Shown here piece by piece: positions 1-8,896 of a stretch of DNA of 64,000 nt. The notes beneath the pieces are model-generated. The model had not been told where the DNA came from. It was given only the letters and a program-made list of their open reading frames with translations, and ran no database searches. This DNA is from an uncultured bacterium (GTDB lineage Bacteria > JAGOEH01). Position 1 is the first letter of the stretch; every line of letters starts with the position of its first letter. The position numbers and the translations under genes were made by a program. The stretch is from NCBI GenBank assembly GCA_964632485.1, contig CAZWDO010000006.1:62001-126000 (forward strand), read 5' to 3'.

Positions 1-1220
1 TTTTCCTCCGGGTAATCTAAAAAATGTCCCAGTTTAAGTTTTTTTGTGTTTAGATAATGCTGATTGACATCGTTGGGGGAGATAACGATAGGAACACGTT
101 CCATAATCTCCAGTCCATATCCGTTCAATCCGATCAATTTTAAGGGGTTATTGGTTATCAGGTGAATTTGTTTGACCCCGAGATGCCGCAGGATTTGAGC
201 GCCGATACCATAATCCCGCAAATCTGCCGGAAAGCCCAATTGGATATTGGCTTCAACGGTATCGTAACCTCTATCCTGGAGCTCATACGCCATAATTTTG
301 TTTGCTAAACCGATTCCCCGTCCTTCCTGACGCATATAGAGCAAAATTCCTTCACCGGCCTCTTCAATCATACTCATCGCCTGATGGAGTTGGTCCCCGC
401 AATCGCAACGCAGGGATCCGAGTACATCGCCGGTCAGGCATTGACTATGGACGCGGGTGAGAATCGGTTTTTCTCCGTGAATGGTTCCTTTAACCAATGC
501 CAAATGATGATCGCCTGTAATAATATCCTCGTACAAATGGAGGGTAAAATGTCCGTATTTGGAGGGAAATGGAATAGTGACAATGGGTTTTACCAGGTTT
601 TCCCGGGCAAAGCGATAGGTGATCAAATCGGCGATGGTGATTATTTTAAGGCCGAGCTGACGGGCAATCAGCGCCAGTTTAGGTAAACGGGCCATTTGAC
701 CGTCATCATCCATGATCTCGCAAATAGCGGCGCCTGGAAACAAACCCGCTAATTTTGTTAAATCGATACCGGCTTCAGTATGCCCGGACCTTCTTAAAAC
801 GCCGCCCATGGCGCCGCGTAAGGGAAAAATATGCCCTGGCCGCGCAAAATCTTCTGCCATGCGTTGCTCATCAACCAAGCCCTTGATGGTCAAGGCCCGG
901 TCATACGCCGAAATCCCGGTTGTCGTCCCTTCCTTTAAATCGACGGATACTGTGAATGGCGTGCCCATTTTCGAATCATTCTCGCGAACCATCATTTCCA
1001 GCGACAACTGTTCGACACGGGGAGCGTCCAGGGAAACACAAATCAGCCCCCGGCCTTCACGGGCCATAAAATTAACCAATTCCGGGGTGATTAGTTGCGC
1101 GGCGCAAACAAAATCACCTTCATTCTCTCGATTTTCATCATCCACGACAATGATCATGCGACCTGATCGAATCTCTTCAATTGCTTCTTCAATTGTATTG
1201 AAACGTATGCTTGGTTCCAT
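1..1220 (-). CDS. ribBA: Bifunctional 3,4-dihydroxy-2-butanone-4-phosphate synthase / GTP cyclohydrolase II (3' end runs just off the window)
   Basis: Missing from the ORF track, so translated by hand from ATG at 1220: MEPSIRFNTIEEAIEEIRSGRMIIVVDDENRENEGDF... It contains GHTEA, HSQCLTGDVLGSLRCDCG and RQEGRGIGLANK, ends ...KLGHFLDYPEE at the window edge, and lies downstream of ribD and riboflavin synthase. Confidence 0.97.
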   Translation of the reverse strand, partial: MEPSIRFNTIEEAIEEIRSGRMIIVVDDENRENEGDFVCAAQLITPELVNFMAREGRGLICVSLDAPRVEQLSLEMMVRENDSKMGTPFTVSVDLKEGTTTGISAYDRALTIKGLVDEQRMAEDFARPGHIFPLRGAMGGVLRRSGHTEAGIDLTKLAGLFPGAAICEIMDDDGQMARLPKLALIARQLGLKIITIADLITYRFARENLVKPIVTIPFPSKYGHFTLHLYEDIITGDHHLALVKGTIHGEKPILTRVHSQCLTGDVLGSLRCDCGDQLHQAMSMIEEAGEGILLYMRQEGRGIGLANKIMAYELQDRGYDTVEANIQLGFPADLRDYGIGAQILRHLGVKQIHLITNNPLKLIGLNGYGLEIMERVPIVISPNDVNQHYLNTKKLKLGHFLDYPEE

Positions 1221-1231
1221 TAGCGCCTTCC

Positions 1232-1879
1232 TTAAACGAATCCGAATTGTTTGAGTTTTCCCAGCAACTGCTGATTGCTTTTATCTTTATGGAGTAGTTC
1301 CAAATGAGCTTGTACGTATTTTCCCAGAATATCGAATTCCACATTGACTTGTTCACCTTTTTGGCGATATTTCAAAATGGTAGTTTCAAGAGTATGACGA
1401 ATGAGACCGACTCTGACCGAAGGCCATTGAATCTCCTGAATTGTCAGACTGATTCCATCAATGGCGATTGATCCCTGCGGAATGATCAGGTTGGACATCT
1501 CTTGTTTAAATCGGATACGCAAAAAATGGGGTTCCCGGTGACTCTCAATTTGTTCGACAACAGCGATGACATCGATATGGCCGCTTACTAAATGGCCGCC
1601 TACCCGGCTTTGGAGTTGTAATGCCCGTTCGAGATTGACCTTCGCGCCCACTCTTAATTCTCCTAACGAAGTTTTCTTAAGTGTGTCGCTCATGGTTTGA
1701 AAACTAAATTCCTCCGTATCATGGGTTACTACCGTCTGACAGGTTCCATTGACCGCAATGCTGTCGCCGTTCCGGACATCCTTTAAAATACCGGGAGCCC
1801 GGCAGTTAAAGCTGATTGAGTTTGCTTCCTGGCGGCGGGCTGTGATCGCGCCGATTGTTTCAATTATACCGGTAAACAT
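1232..1879 (-). CDS. ribE: Riboflavin synthase alpha chain (called ribC or ribE depending on nomenclature)
   Basis: MFTGIIE N-terminus, GDSIAVNGTCQTV, VNLERA, GGHLVSGHID, GSIAIDGISLT, VNVEFD. Confidence 0.97.
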   Translation of the reverse strand: MFTGIIETIGAITARRQEANSISFNCRAPGILKDVRNGDSIAVNGTCQTVVTHDTEEFSFQTMSDTLKKTSLGELRVGAKVNLERALQLQSRVGGHLVSGHIDVIAVVEQIESHREPHFLRIRFKQEMSNLIIPQGSIAIDGISLTIQEIQWPSVRVGLIRHTLETTILKYRQKGEQVNVEFDILGKYVQAHLELLHKDKSNQQLLGKLKQFGFV

Positions 1880-1881
1880 GT

Positions 1882-2970
1882 TTATTCCAATGCTCCTTCA
1901 ATCATAAAGCAATCGTCAAATTGACGGTATCGGGGAAATTTAATGCGTTTTGCTGTTGTCAATGAACGGATTGTCATCTGTTGAAATGGTGATTTCCCGG
2001 GTCCCAGAATCACGGGGCCATAAAAAAGATAAATCCGATCGACCCACTTTTCATCCAGGAAAAGAGCGCTTAACTGTTCCCCCGCTTCGATGAATACAGA
2101 AGAATAGCCCGCGCGGTAAATCGCGTCGATCAGATCAGATGCTGTAAAGCAGCTTTGGCTTCCCGTGGGGAGCAGGATATAATCCAGTTCTTTCAACGAT
2201 TCGTTGTAGGTTGGGGAGATGAGTCGGGTTTTTTGGTCCTGGTTTTGGCTGAATATATGGGCATCGGGGGGCAGATCGCCGGAATAAGAGACAATCAAGC
2301 GATAGGGGTTATGGCGGTGCCGGCCGTAGCGAACGGTTAACTGCGGGTTATCGCATCGAATTGTTCCCGCGCCGGTTAACAGCGCGTCAAAACCTGCGCG
2401 CAAATGATGGACGTATCGGCGGGCATACGGGTTGGTAATCCATTTGGAATTGCCGTCTATGTCCGCGATTTTGCCATCTAAGGTCAATGCCAGTTTTAAG
2501 GCGATAAAAGGGCGTTTTTTTTCAATCCAGGTGAAAAACCGCTCGTTCAGTTTGCGCCCGGCTGAAGCTAATATGCCTTCGGTAACCGTGATGCCGTTCT
2601 CGCGAAGCAGGGTAATCGATTGCCCATTCACTTGAGGATTGGGGTCGCGATTGGCAATGACTACCCGGTCAATTCCGGCTTCAATGATCATATTCACGCA
2701 AGGAGGGGTTTTCCCATAGTGAAAACAAGGTTCCAAATTAACATAAAGCGTCGCTCCTTTGACGGATTCATGCGCGTTTAAAAGCGCCTCGTACTCGGCA
2801 TGGGGCTGGCCAGCCTGTCGATGGTACCCCTCGCTGATGATCCTGTTTTCCTTCACGATGAGGGCGCCCACCAGTGGATTGGGATTGACTTTGCCCCAGC
2901 CTTGCTTAGCCAGTTTTAACGCCTGCTTCATATATATCAAATCGGCGCGGGATGTTTGCACTCCACTCAT
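1882..2970 (-). CDS. ribD: Bifunctional diaminohydroxyphosphoribosylaminopyrimidine deaminase / reductase
   Basis: PNPLVGA, HAE, LEPC-H-GKTPPC zinc motif, KLALTLDG, SKWIT. ATG at 2970 is preceded by AGGA. Confidence 0.97.
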   Translation of the reverse strand: MSGVQTSRADLIYMKQALKLAKQGWGKVNPNPLVGALIVKENRIISEGYHRQAGQPHAEYEALLNAHESVKGATLYVNLEPCFHYGKTPPCVNMIIEAGIDRVVIANRDPNPQVNGQSITLLRENGITVTEGILASAGRKLNERFFTWIEKKRPFIALKLALTLDGKIADIDGNSKWITNPYARRYVHHLRAGFDALLTGAGTIRCDNPQLTVRYGRHRHNPYRLIVSYSGDLPPDAHIFSQNQDQKTRLISPTYNESLKELDYILLPTGSQSCFTASDLIDAIYRAGYSSVFIEAGEQLSALFLDEKWVDRIYLFYGPVILGPGKSPFQQMTIRSLTTAKRIKFPRYRQFDDCFMIEGALE

Positions 2971-3019
2971 CAATAATTCCTGTCCTGTTGGATAAGGGTT
3001 CTCTCATAAAGTTAAATGA

Positions 3020-3041
3020 TTTATTGATAAAAGTCAATAAA
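3020..3041. promoter_or_regulatory. Palindrome (FNR/CRP-like box) overlapping the putative -35 of the rib operon promoter
   Basis: TTTATTGA-TAAAAG-TCAATAAA has perfect 8-bp arms. The minus strand reads TTGACT-N17-TAACTT toward ribD. Confidence 0.4.
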
Positions 3042-3058
3042 AAAAAACAGATTTATCA

Positions 3059-4138
3059 CTATTCCTGACGGAAACAATAAAGCCATCGGTGGCTGGTTCC
3101 AACATACCACTCATTGCCATGGCGCGTCGGCATCGCGTGAATCATTCCTTTCAGCCGTACCGACCATTTGACCCTTCCTTCGGTTCGGTTAAATATTTCA
3201 AGGCTCCCATCAAGATAAGTAATAAGAAGTCTGACGCTATCTATGGTTTGGACGCCCACAATTTCACTTTTTCCCTGATAAATTGCGCGCGCTCCCTGAG
3301 TATTTTTTTGAATGATTTGATTGTTATTCAACAGCAAAAGCGCCTCGCGGCTATTAAGTTGAATGATTTGCCGCGCGGGATGTGGAAGTGAATCGCAGAT
3401 TGGATTTTCAATATTTTCTAAAGTCCATTGATAAAAAACTCCATTTCCATTTATAGCATAAAAGTTATCATCCACCGCTTGCAAAGGGAGCTGGAAAAAT
3501 GTGGCCAGCGTCCCGGCAATATGGAATTTCCGTTGAAAAATATCGATATAAAGGATATAGCCGTTTTCTGTATTCGCTATTAACAGGTTGTTCCGTTTAA
3601 TCATGGGAAATAATGGACGACCCGGTAGCTGACCAATGGTTTGATGTTTTTTTTCCCGTATGTCTAATAGTTTGAGATAATTTTTATTATCAATCAGCGC
3701 AATCACTGTATCCATGATTTCAATTCCGATAATGGGCGGGTGTTCTTTAGTGGACATAATCTTTTTTATCGTTGGGAGTTCATAAATAAAAAAATTATCC
3801 TTATAGGTGCGCCCTACAGTAAAAAACAGAAAAGGTTCGTATAAGGCCATATTGGGGTCCGGACTTCCATTAAATTTGATTGTTCTGATTTTTTTACCGG
3901 AATAGATATCGATAAAATGGATTTGCTGATGGCCTGTTGGGACGATCAGATAGTTATAAAAAAGGGTTGGAGAGGCGATAATGCTGGAATTAAGCTTCAT
4001 TTTCCATACTAAAAGCATGGAATCGACTGTGGGTTGCGAAAAGGGTCGGGTGAGAGGCAATCTATTTATGGTTAAAGGTTTTTTCCAACATGCTGCAAAG
4101 ATGAGGACCAAAGCCGAAATCAGTATTGAAATTTTCAT
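3059..4138 (-). CDS. Lipoprotein with PQQ/BamB-like beta-propeller repeats
   Basis: Lipobox-like LIFAAC after the probable start MKISIL (4138). Repeats such as WKMKLNSSIIASP, GKKI and GRVKWSVRLKGMIHAMP...WYVGT are typical of PQQ-like propellers. Confidence 0.65.
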   Translation of the reverse strand: MKISILISALVLIFAACWKKPLTINRLPLTRPFSQPTVDSMLLVWKMKLNSSIIASPTLFYNYLIVPTGHQQIHFIDIYSGKKIRTIKFNGSPDPNMALYEPFLFFTVGRTYKDNFFIYELPTIKKIMSTKEHPPIIGIEIMDTVIALIDNKNYLKLLDIREKKHQTIGQLPGRPLFPMIKRNNLLIANTENGYILYIDIFQRKFHIAGTLATFFQLPLQAVDDNFYAINGNGVFYQWTLENIENPICDSLPHPARQIIQLNSREALLLLNNNQIIQKNTQGARAIYQGKSEIVGVQTIDSVRLLITYLDGSLEIFNRTEGRVKWSVRLKGMIHAMPTRHGNEWYVGTSHRWLYCFRQE

Positions 4139-4142
4139 TGAG

Positions 4143-4649
4143 TTACAATCTTTGTTTGAGTTCAAGGAGTATTTTTTCAGTTTCATTTTTGGCGTTGATG
4201 GGATCGGCCGGGATCAGTTCCAGAAGGTCCAGCAGCCGACCCTGTTTTTTTTTGGTTTCTGAAGAGTCAATTTTTTTTTGTATCAGCAACTGATTCAGCG
4301 TTTTCTGGATTTCAGCCTGCTGGGCATGGAACCAGGTTTCAGTCTCTGGTCTCAATGAGTCTTTAATTTTACAGGTTTTATAAATGGAGTAATCGATCAG
4401 TTGAATAGCGGAATCAATTTGAATGGTTAATGCTTCTGGATTTTTAAAATAGTTTTCCCGATGGATACCAATCAGTCGCTGAATTTTGTGATGCCGGGCC
4501 TGGATTTCCTGATACAGCAGAGGAGCGTAAAGGGCCCCATTAGCATTTTCAAGGCGGTCGAGTCTTTTATTTAATTCTTCCATTTTTTGATGAGGTAAAC
4601 GGTCGCAGCAGAGGAGTGTTAGAAGAACAATCGAAATTAAGCATTTCAT
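4143..4649 (-). CDS. Hypothetical helical lipoprotein
   Basis: Signal peptide with LTLLCC lipobox-like motif. Its start overlaps the kinase stop codon. Confidence 0.6.
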   Translation of the reverse strand: MKCLISIVLLTLLCCDRLPHQKMEELNKRLDRLENANGALYAPLLYQEIQARHHKIQRLIGIHRENYFKNPEALTIQIDSAIQLIDYSIYKTCKIKDSLRPETETWFHAQQAEIQKTLNQLLIQKKIDSSETKKKQGRLLDLLELIPADPINAKNETEKILLELKQRL

Positions 4650-7600
4650 AAGAGATGTTCCAGGGTCGGCAGAGTGAAGTAAAAAGTGGCGCCGCTTGAG
4701 GTGTTATTTTTAGCCTTGATTTCACCATGATGGAGTTCCACCAGTTTTTGGGCAATGGCCAATCCCAATCCATGGCTGGATTCTCCGGCGGTAGGCTTTG
4801 CGCTTAGTTTATTGTTAGAGTTGAAAATGAGCTTTAAATCCTCCTCGCTTAAACCTTGTCCGGAATCAATTATACTTGTTTTTACGAAATGATCATGCCG
4901 TTCACAGGAAATGACGACATTACCTCCGGAATTCGTAAATTTTATCGCATTACTGACCAGATTGTCCAGGACTTCATGAATTCGGATTTTATCGATAGGA
5001 ATGGGGGGGAATGATTCGCTTTGGAGAGACAAAGAAATGTTTTTCTGAATGGCCAGTTGATGATGATAATCATATATTTCCTGCAGAATGGCTTGATAAT
5101 TTTCTTTTCGCAAATGGATTTTGATTGTGCCGCTTTCGATTGAGCTGAGGTCCAGCAGTTCATTGACCATAAACGTAATGCGGTCGAGGACTGAAGAGAT
5201 TTTTGATGTATGGGCTAATAGCGCTTGAGCGGTATAAGCCCCCTGTTTAAGTTTAAACTCAATTAATTGAGTATTTCCACGAAGAATGGTTAATGGGTTT
5301 CTTAAATCATGGACGACCATCCCTAAAAAGTGGTTTTTTTCTTTATTGAGTTTCATTAATTCCTGATTGCGCGCTTCCAATTCCCGGGTTCGTTCCTGAA
5401 CTAATTGGGCTAACCGTTTTTTTTGTGTCTTGAGCTGCCTGACTCGTAGGCGATAACCTAGTATCAACAATGTGATTGCCGTAACTATAGCGCTGATATT
5501 AAACCATAGTGTCTGCCAAAACGGAGGTATAATTCGAAAATATGCGGTGGCAGTTGACCCTGAAATCTGATGGGTAGCTGATAGACCTTTAACCTGAAAT
5601 TGATAATCTCCGGAGACTAATTTAGGAAAAATCACTTGATTGTGGTTGCTGATGGTATCCCAGGAACTATCCACTCCGAGCAGACGATAAAGATAACAGA
5701 TTTTTTCGCGTTGCCGATAGTCGAGAAGACTGAATTCGAATTTAATGGAATTCCATTGATGGGATAATTTAAACGGTAAATCCAAATCACTGATAAGCGA
5801 ATCATTTCCAACTTGAGTCGTAGCGATAATTTGCGTGATTATAGTCGGAAAATCATCGCGCCGCGAATCAAATATTTTATCAGATAGATAGTTTGCTCCA
5901 CCTGAACATGAAAAAAACAGAACTCCGTCGGCATTGGCGGCGCAGGCATTGTATATTCTGCTGCCTGCAAGTCCATTGTTTTTGGTTAATTTGATAAGTT
6001 GGTTGTTTTCAGGGTTGTAGCGGATCAGATTGGATCTGCTTGCGATCCACCAAATACCCTTTGAGTCTTTAAGCATTGTCTGAACTGAAATAGAGGAAAA
6101 TTCCTCACGAACAGTATCGATACGTCCATTGCGCGTGTTGAATTGATAAAGGCCGGAAGCAGTTCCGAGATTGATAATTCCGGGGGCTTCCTCCTGGATG
6201 GTTTTAATCTGATATCGTGGGAAGCGTTCATCAAGTTTAAGCCTCTTTGTAGCGAAATCGACAGCGCAAAGACCATAGGCGGTTCCGGCATAAATTGTCT
6301 GGTCGGAAGTTTGCGCGAAGGTGTTAATTTCTTGGATTGGTATGCTTTTCTGGTCTAAAATCGAGTCCGGGAAAATCCGTTCCCATTTGTTTTTTTCTCG
6401 GTCAAAGCAAGTAATCCCTTTCCCGGTTCCCACCCATAAGCGACCTTGGCGATCCAAAAGGAGGGCGTGAACAACATTTCCCCATAGTTCTGGAATTTCC
6501 TGAGTTTGAAAAAGATGGAATCGATCAGATTTTTCATCAAATCGATATAGACCTTTGAACGATCCAATCCAGAATACGGAGTCACTCGCATCTTCCTCAA
6601 TGCAAAGGATTAGGTTGCTTTGGCTGTTCAAAGGATAATTCATATCCAGCCATCTGCGTTCAGCCTGCTGATAATTGGGGGCTTTGAACCGGTATAAACG
6701 GTTTTGACTACCCGCCCATAATCGGTTGTGTGAATCGTTGAAAAGAGAATAAATTACATTGTCGATGATCGATGAATCTTCTCCCGGAGTAGTTTGCAAT
6801 AGTTTAAACATGTGGCGGCTGGGATCATATTGGTTAAGCCCTTCCTTAGTTCCAATCCAGATAACATCGCTTCGGTCCTGGAAAATACAATAGATTTGAT
6901 TGTTACTCAGGCTGTTATAATCTGCTAGTTTTCTTTGGAATAAAACTGTTTCCTGTAAACCCGGGTTGTATTCAATCAAGCCGTTATGGCTGCCAATCCA
7001 TAAATGATCGTTCCGATCGATGAGCAGGCAGTTGATACGCAACGCTTCCAGGGAATAATGAATCCGGGGCAATTTTTGGGGACGGATAGAATTGTCAGCG
7101 CGATCCCAATAGAACAATCCATTCATTGTGCTAATCCATATTCGGCCCTTTTTATCTTTTTTTAGATCGGTAATCCGAGCGTCGGGGAATGGATATTCAA
7201 TTTGTCGAAAATGAAATATCCGTGTGTTGATTTCGAAGATGCCATTCCCAAAAGTCGCGACCCAGGTCAGGGTATCGTCGATCCTGAGTATTGAGCGCAC
7301 AACCCATTGCTCAGAATTAAGTTGGTTAGTCGCATGCAGAGGCAAATTCCCGATTTTTTTTTGCCGATGGTTGTATTCGTATATCCCTGAACCCAAGGTT
7401 CCCAACCAGATTGTGTTAGAATCGATGGGATATATTACGCGAATGCGGTTGTCTGTCAGCCAATGAGCTGTCAGTGAATCATGGAGGGGAAACTGGGGCT
7501 GTTTTTTATCAAGATCAAATTGAATCAAACCAAAGCTCATGCTTGCTAAGAACAATTGACCCGGCAGGATTTCATGGATAGCTAGAATACGATTTCTAAT

Positions 7601-7828
7601 TAATGGGTTTTGATAATTCCACGGTTGAGTCTCATAAAAATTAAAATCGTTACCGTCATATTGTAATAGTCCTTTATCACTCCCCAGCCAGATGAATCCT
7701 TGGCTATCCTGGGCAATTGCGAAAAATTCCCCGACATCGGGATAGTCGGGGATTTCAAGCCGTTGAATTGTCTGGCCCCGGAGGATCGGAATCAGGATAA
7801 AAACGAGTAGCCATTTCAAGTGTTTCAT
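4646..7828 (-). CDS. Sensor histidine kinase with periplasmic Reg_prop beta-propellers and Y_Y_Y domain (no receiver)
   Basis: Signal peptide MKHLKWLL (7828; the ORF track extends to 7909), repeated QDSQGFIWLG / DRNDHLWIG motifs, YLYRLLGVD...GDYQFQVKG, PPFWQT then a TM helix, H-box VHDLRNPL, NLVSNAIKFT, DSGQG and GLGL. Confidence 0.93.
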   Translation of the reverse strand: MKHLKWLLVFILIPILRGQTIQRLEIPDYPDVGEFFAIAQDSQGFIWLGSDKGLLQYDGNDFNFYETQPWNYQNPLIRNRILAIHEILPGQLFLASMSFGLIQFDLDKKQPQFPLHDSLTAHWLTDNRIRVIYPIDSNTIWLGTLGSGIYEYNHRQKKIGNLPLHATNQLNSEQWVVRSILRIDDTLTWVATFGNGIFEINTRIFHFRQIEYPFPDARITDLKKDKKGRIWISTMNGLFYWDRADNSIRPQKLPRIHYSLEALRINCLLIDRNDHLWIGSHNGLIEYNPGLQETVLFQRKLADYNSLSNNQIYCIFQDRSDVIWIGTKEGLNQYDPSRHMFKLLQTTPGEDSSIIDNVIYSLFNDSHNRLWAGSQNRLYRFKAPNYQQAERRWLDMNYPLNSQSNLILCIEEDASDSVFWIGSFKGLYRFDEKSDRFHLFQTQEIPELWGNVVHALLLDRQGRLWVGTGKGITCFDREKNKWERIFPDSILDQKSIPIQEINTFAQTSDQTIYAGTAYGLCAVDFATKRLKLDERFPRYQIKTIQEEAPGIINLGTASGLYQFNTRNGRIDTVREEFSSISVQTMLKDSKGIWWIASRSNLIRYNPENNQLIKLTKNNGLAGSRIYNACAANADGVLFFSCSGGANYLSDKIFDSRRDDFPTIITQIIATTQVGNDSLISDLDLPFKLSHQWNSIKFEFSLLDYRQREKICYLYRLLGVDSSWDTISNHNQVIFPKLVSGDYQFQVKGLSATHQISGSTATAYFRIIPPFWQTLWFNISAIVTAITLLILGYRLRVRQLKTQKKRLAQLVQERTRELEARNQELMKLNKEKNHFLGMVVHDLRNPLTILRGNTQLIEFKLKQGAYTAQALLAHTSKISSVLDRITFMVNELLDLSSIESGTIKIHLRKENYQAILQEIYDYHHQLAIQKNISLSLQSESFPPIPIDKIRIHEVLDNLVSNAIKFTNSGGNVVISCERHDHFVKTSIIDSGQGLSEEDLKLIFNSNNKLSAKPTAGESSHGLGLAIAQKLVELHHGEIKAKNNTSSGATFYFTLPTLEHLL

Positions 7829-7989
7829 GTGTTTATTATAATAAATAAATATACCAAGAGCAAGTTTTTTTTCTAAAGGAGTGAAATTTATAAAACTCAA
7901 ATGTTGCAATAACTGATTGCTTCGATCTGATCGGATGTTGGGATTGGTAATTTCTGGAGTGATAGGTCCGATGAAATGGGGTGGCTGGT

Positions 7990-8664
7990 TTACTCAGTCG
8001 ATTTTAAGGAAATCTGAATGACTTTATAACCGATCAGTATCGCTATCACAACCCAGAATACTCCCCAAAAAACAGGTGGCAGGAAGAATTGCTGGGACAT
8101 GGCCCAGGCATCGGAACCCGGGACGGTGCGAACGATTAGGTCGTCTTTGATGTCGATGATCGCATAGAATATACTGGCAAGCCCGATAAACCTCAATACT
8201 CCGTCATTAATCCGGCTATTGCCCCACCGGCTTAAAACTCCGAAAATAATAGCGGTACTAAGTCCCAGAACAATCCCGAATATATTACGGACCCAAAGCG
8301 CGGTCACAAAAATCCATAATACTCCCAACGCTCCGGAAAGATGTCGATCATAACGGGTACGGGACGATATCAGCAAAATAGCCGAGCCCCAGAGCATACT
8401 GCCCAGATAGCCGGCGGGAATGATCACCCCAGGCCATCCCCCCATGGTATAGCAAACGCCTGATTCGTCCGGAGCAATGGCAATGCGAACAATCGAACCG
8501 CCTGTTAACAGGGCGCCAATACCGTGGCTGAGTTCGTGAAGCATCACTACCCAGAGACGAATGGGATAGAGCAGAAAACTGCTCCAAAAGAATAAACTGA
8601 GAATAAATAGGGTTGCTATAGAGAGAAAATCCCCATATCGTTTGAAAAAACTGTCAGCTTTCAT
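7990..8664 (-). CDS. M50B-like intramembrane metallopeptidase
   Basis: HELSH zinc motif, AGYLG, SDA motif and multiple TM helices. Confidence 0.85.
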   Translation of the reverse strand: MKADSFFKRYGDFLSIATLFILSLFFWSSFLLYPIRLWVVMLHELSHGIGALLTGGSIVRIAIAPDESGVCYTMGGWPGVIIPAGYLGSMLWGSAILLISSRTRYDRHLSGALGVLWIFVTALWVRNIFGIVLGLSTAIIFGVLSRWGNSRINDGVLRFIGLASIFYAIIDIKDDLIVRTVPGSDAWAMSQQFFLPPVFWGVFWVVIAILIGYKVIQISLKSTE

Positions 8665-8682
8665 GGTTTCTCCTTTTAATCT

Positions 8683-8712
8683 ATTATAATTCCATTATTG
8701 CGACTTTGTCAA
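8683..8712 (-). promoter_or_regulatory. Sigma70-type promoter for the M50B gene
   Basis: TTGACA-N18-TATAAT on the minus strand, with an AAGGAG RBS downstream. Confidence 0.65.
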
Positions 8713-8815
8713 GGAATTTTTTCGGATCGTATGCTTATCGGTTAAAATATTTTAATAATGTTAAAAACACCGTGAAGGATTGATTGGATTGATAAATTTT
8801 ATTTGTAATAAGAGG

Positions 8816-8844
8816 TTGACAAATTCTATATTGTCGGTTATAAT
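8816..8844 (+). promoter_or_regulatory. Consensus sigma70 promoter
   Basis: TTGACA-N17-TATAAT exact consensus about 50 bp upstream of the 8897 ATG. Confidence 0.75.
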
Positions 8845-8896
8845 GAATAGAGTTGCATGTTTATGAAAAATCACTAATCTTTGAAAGAGGTCGTTC

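Noticed and set aside
384-1254. Plus-strand ORFs of 100 and 180 aa
   Set aside because: They are antisense shadows of ribBA, which the track missed because it runs off the window.
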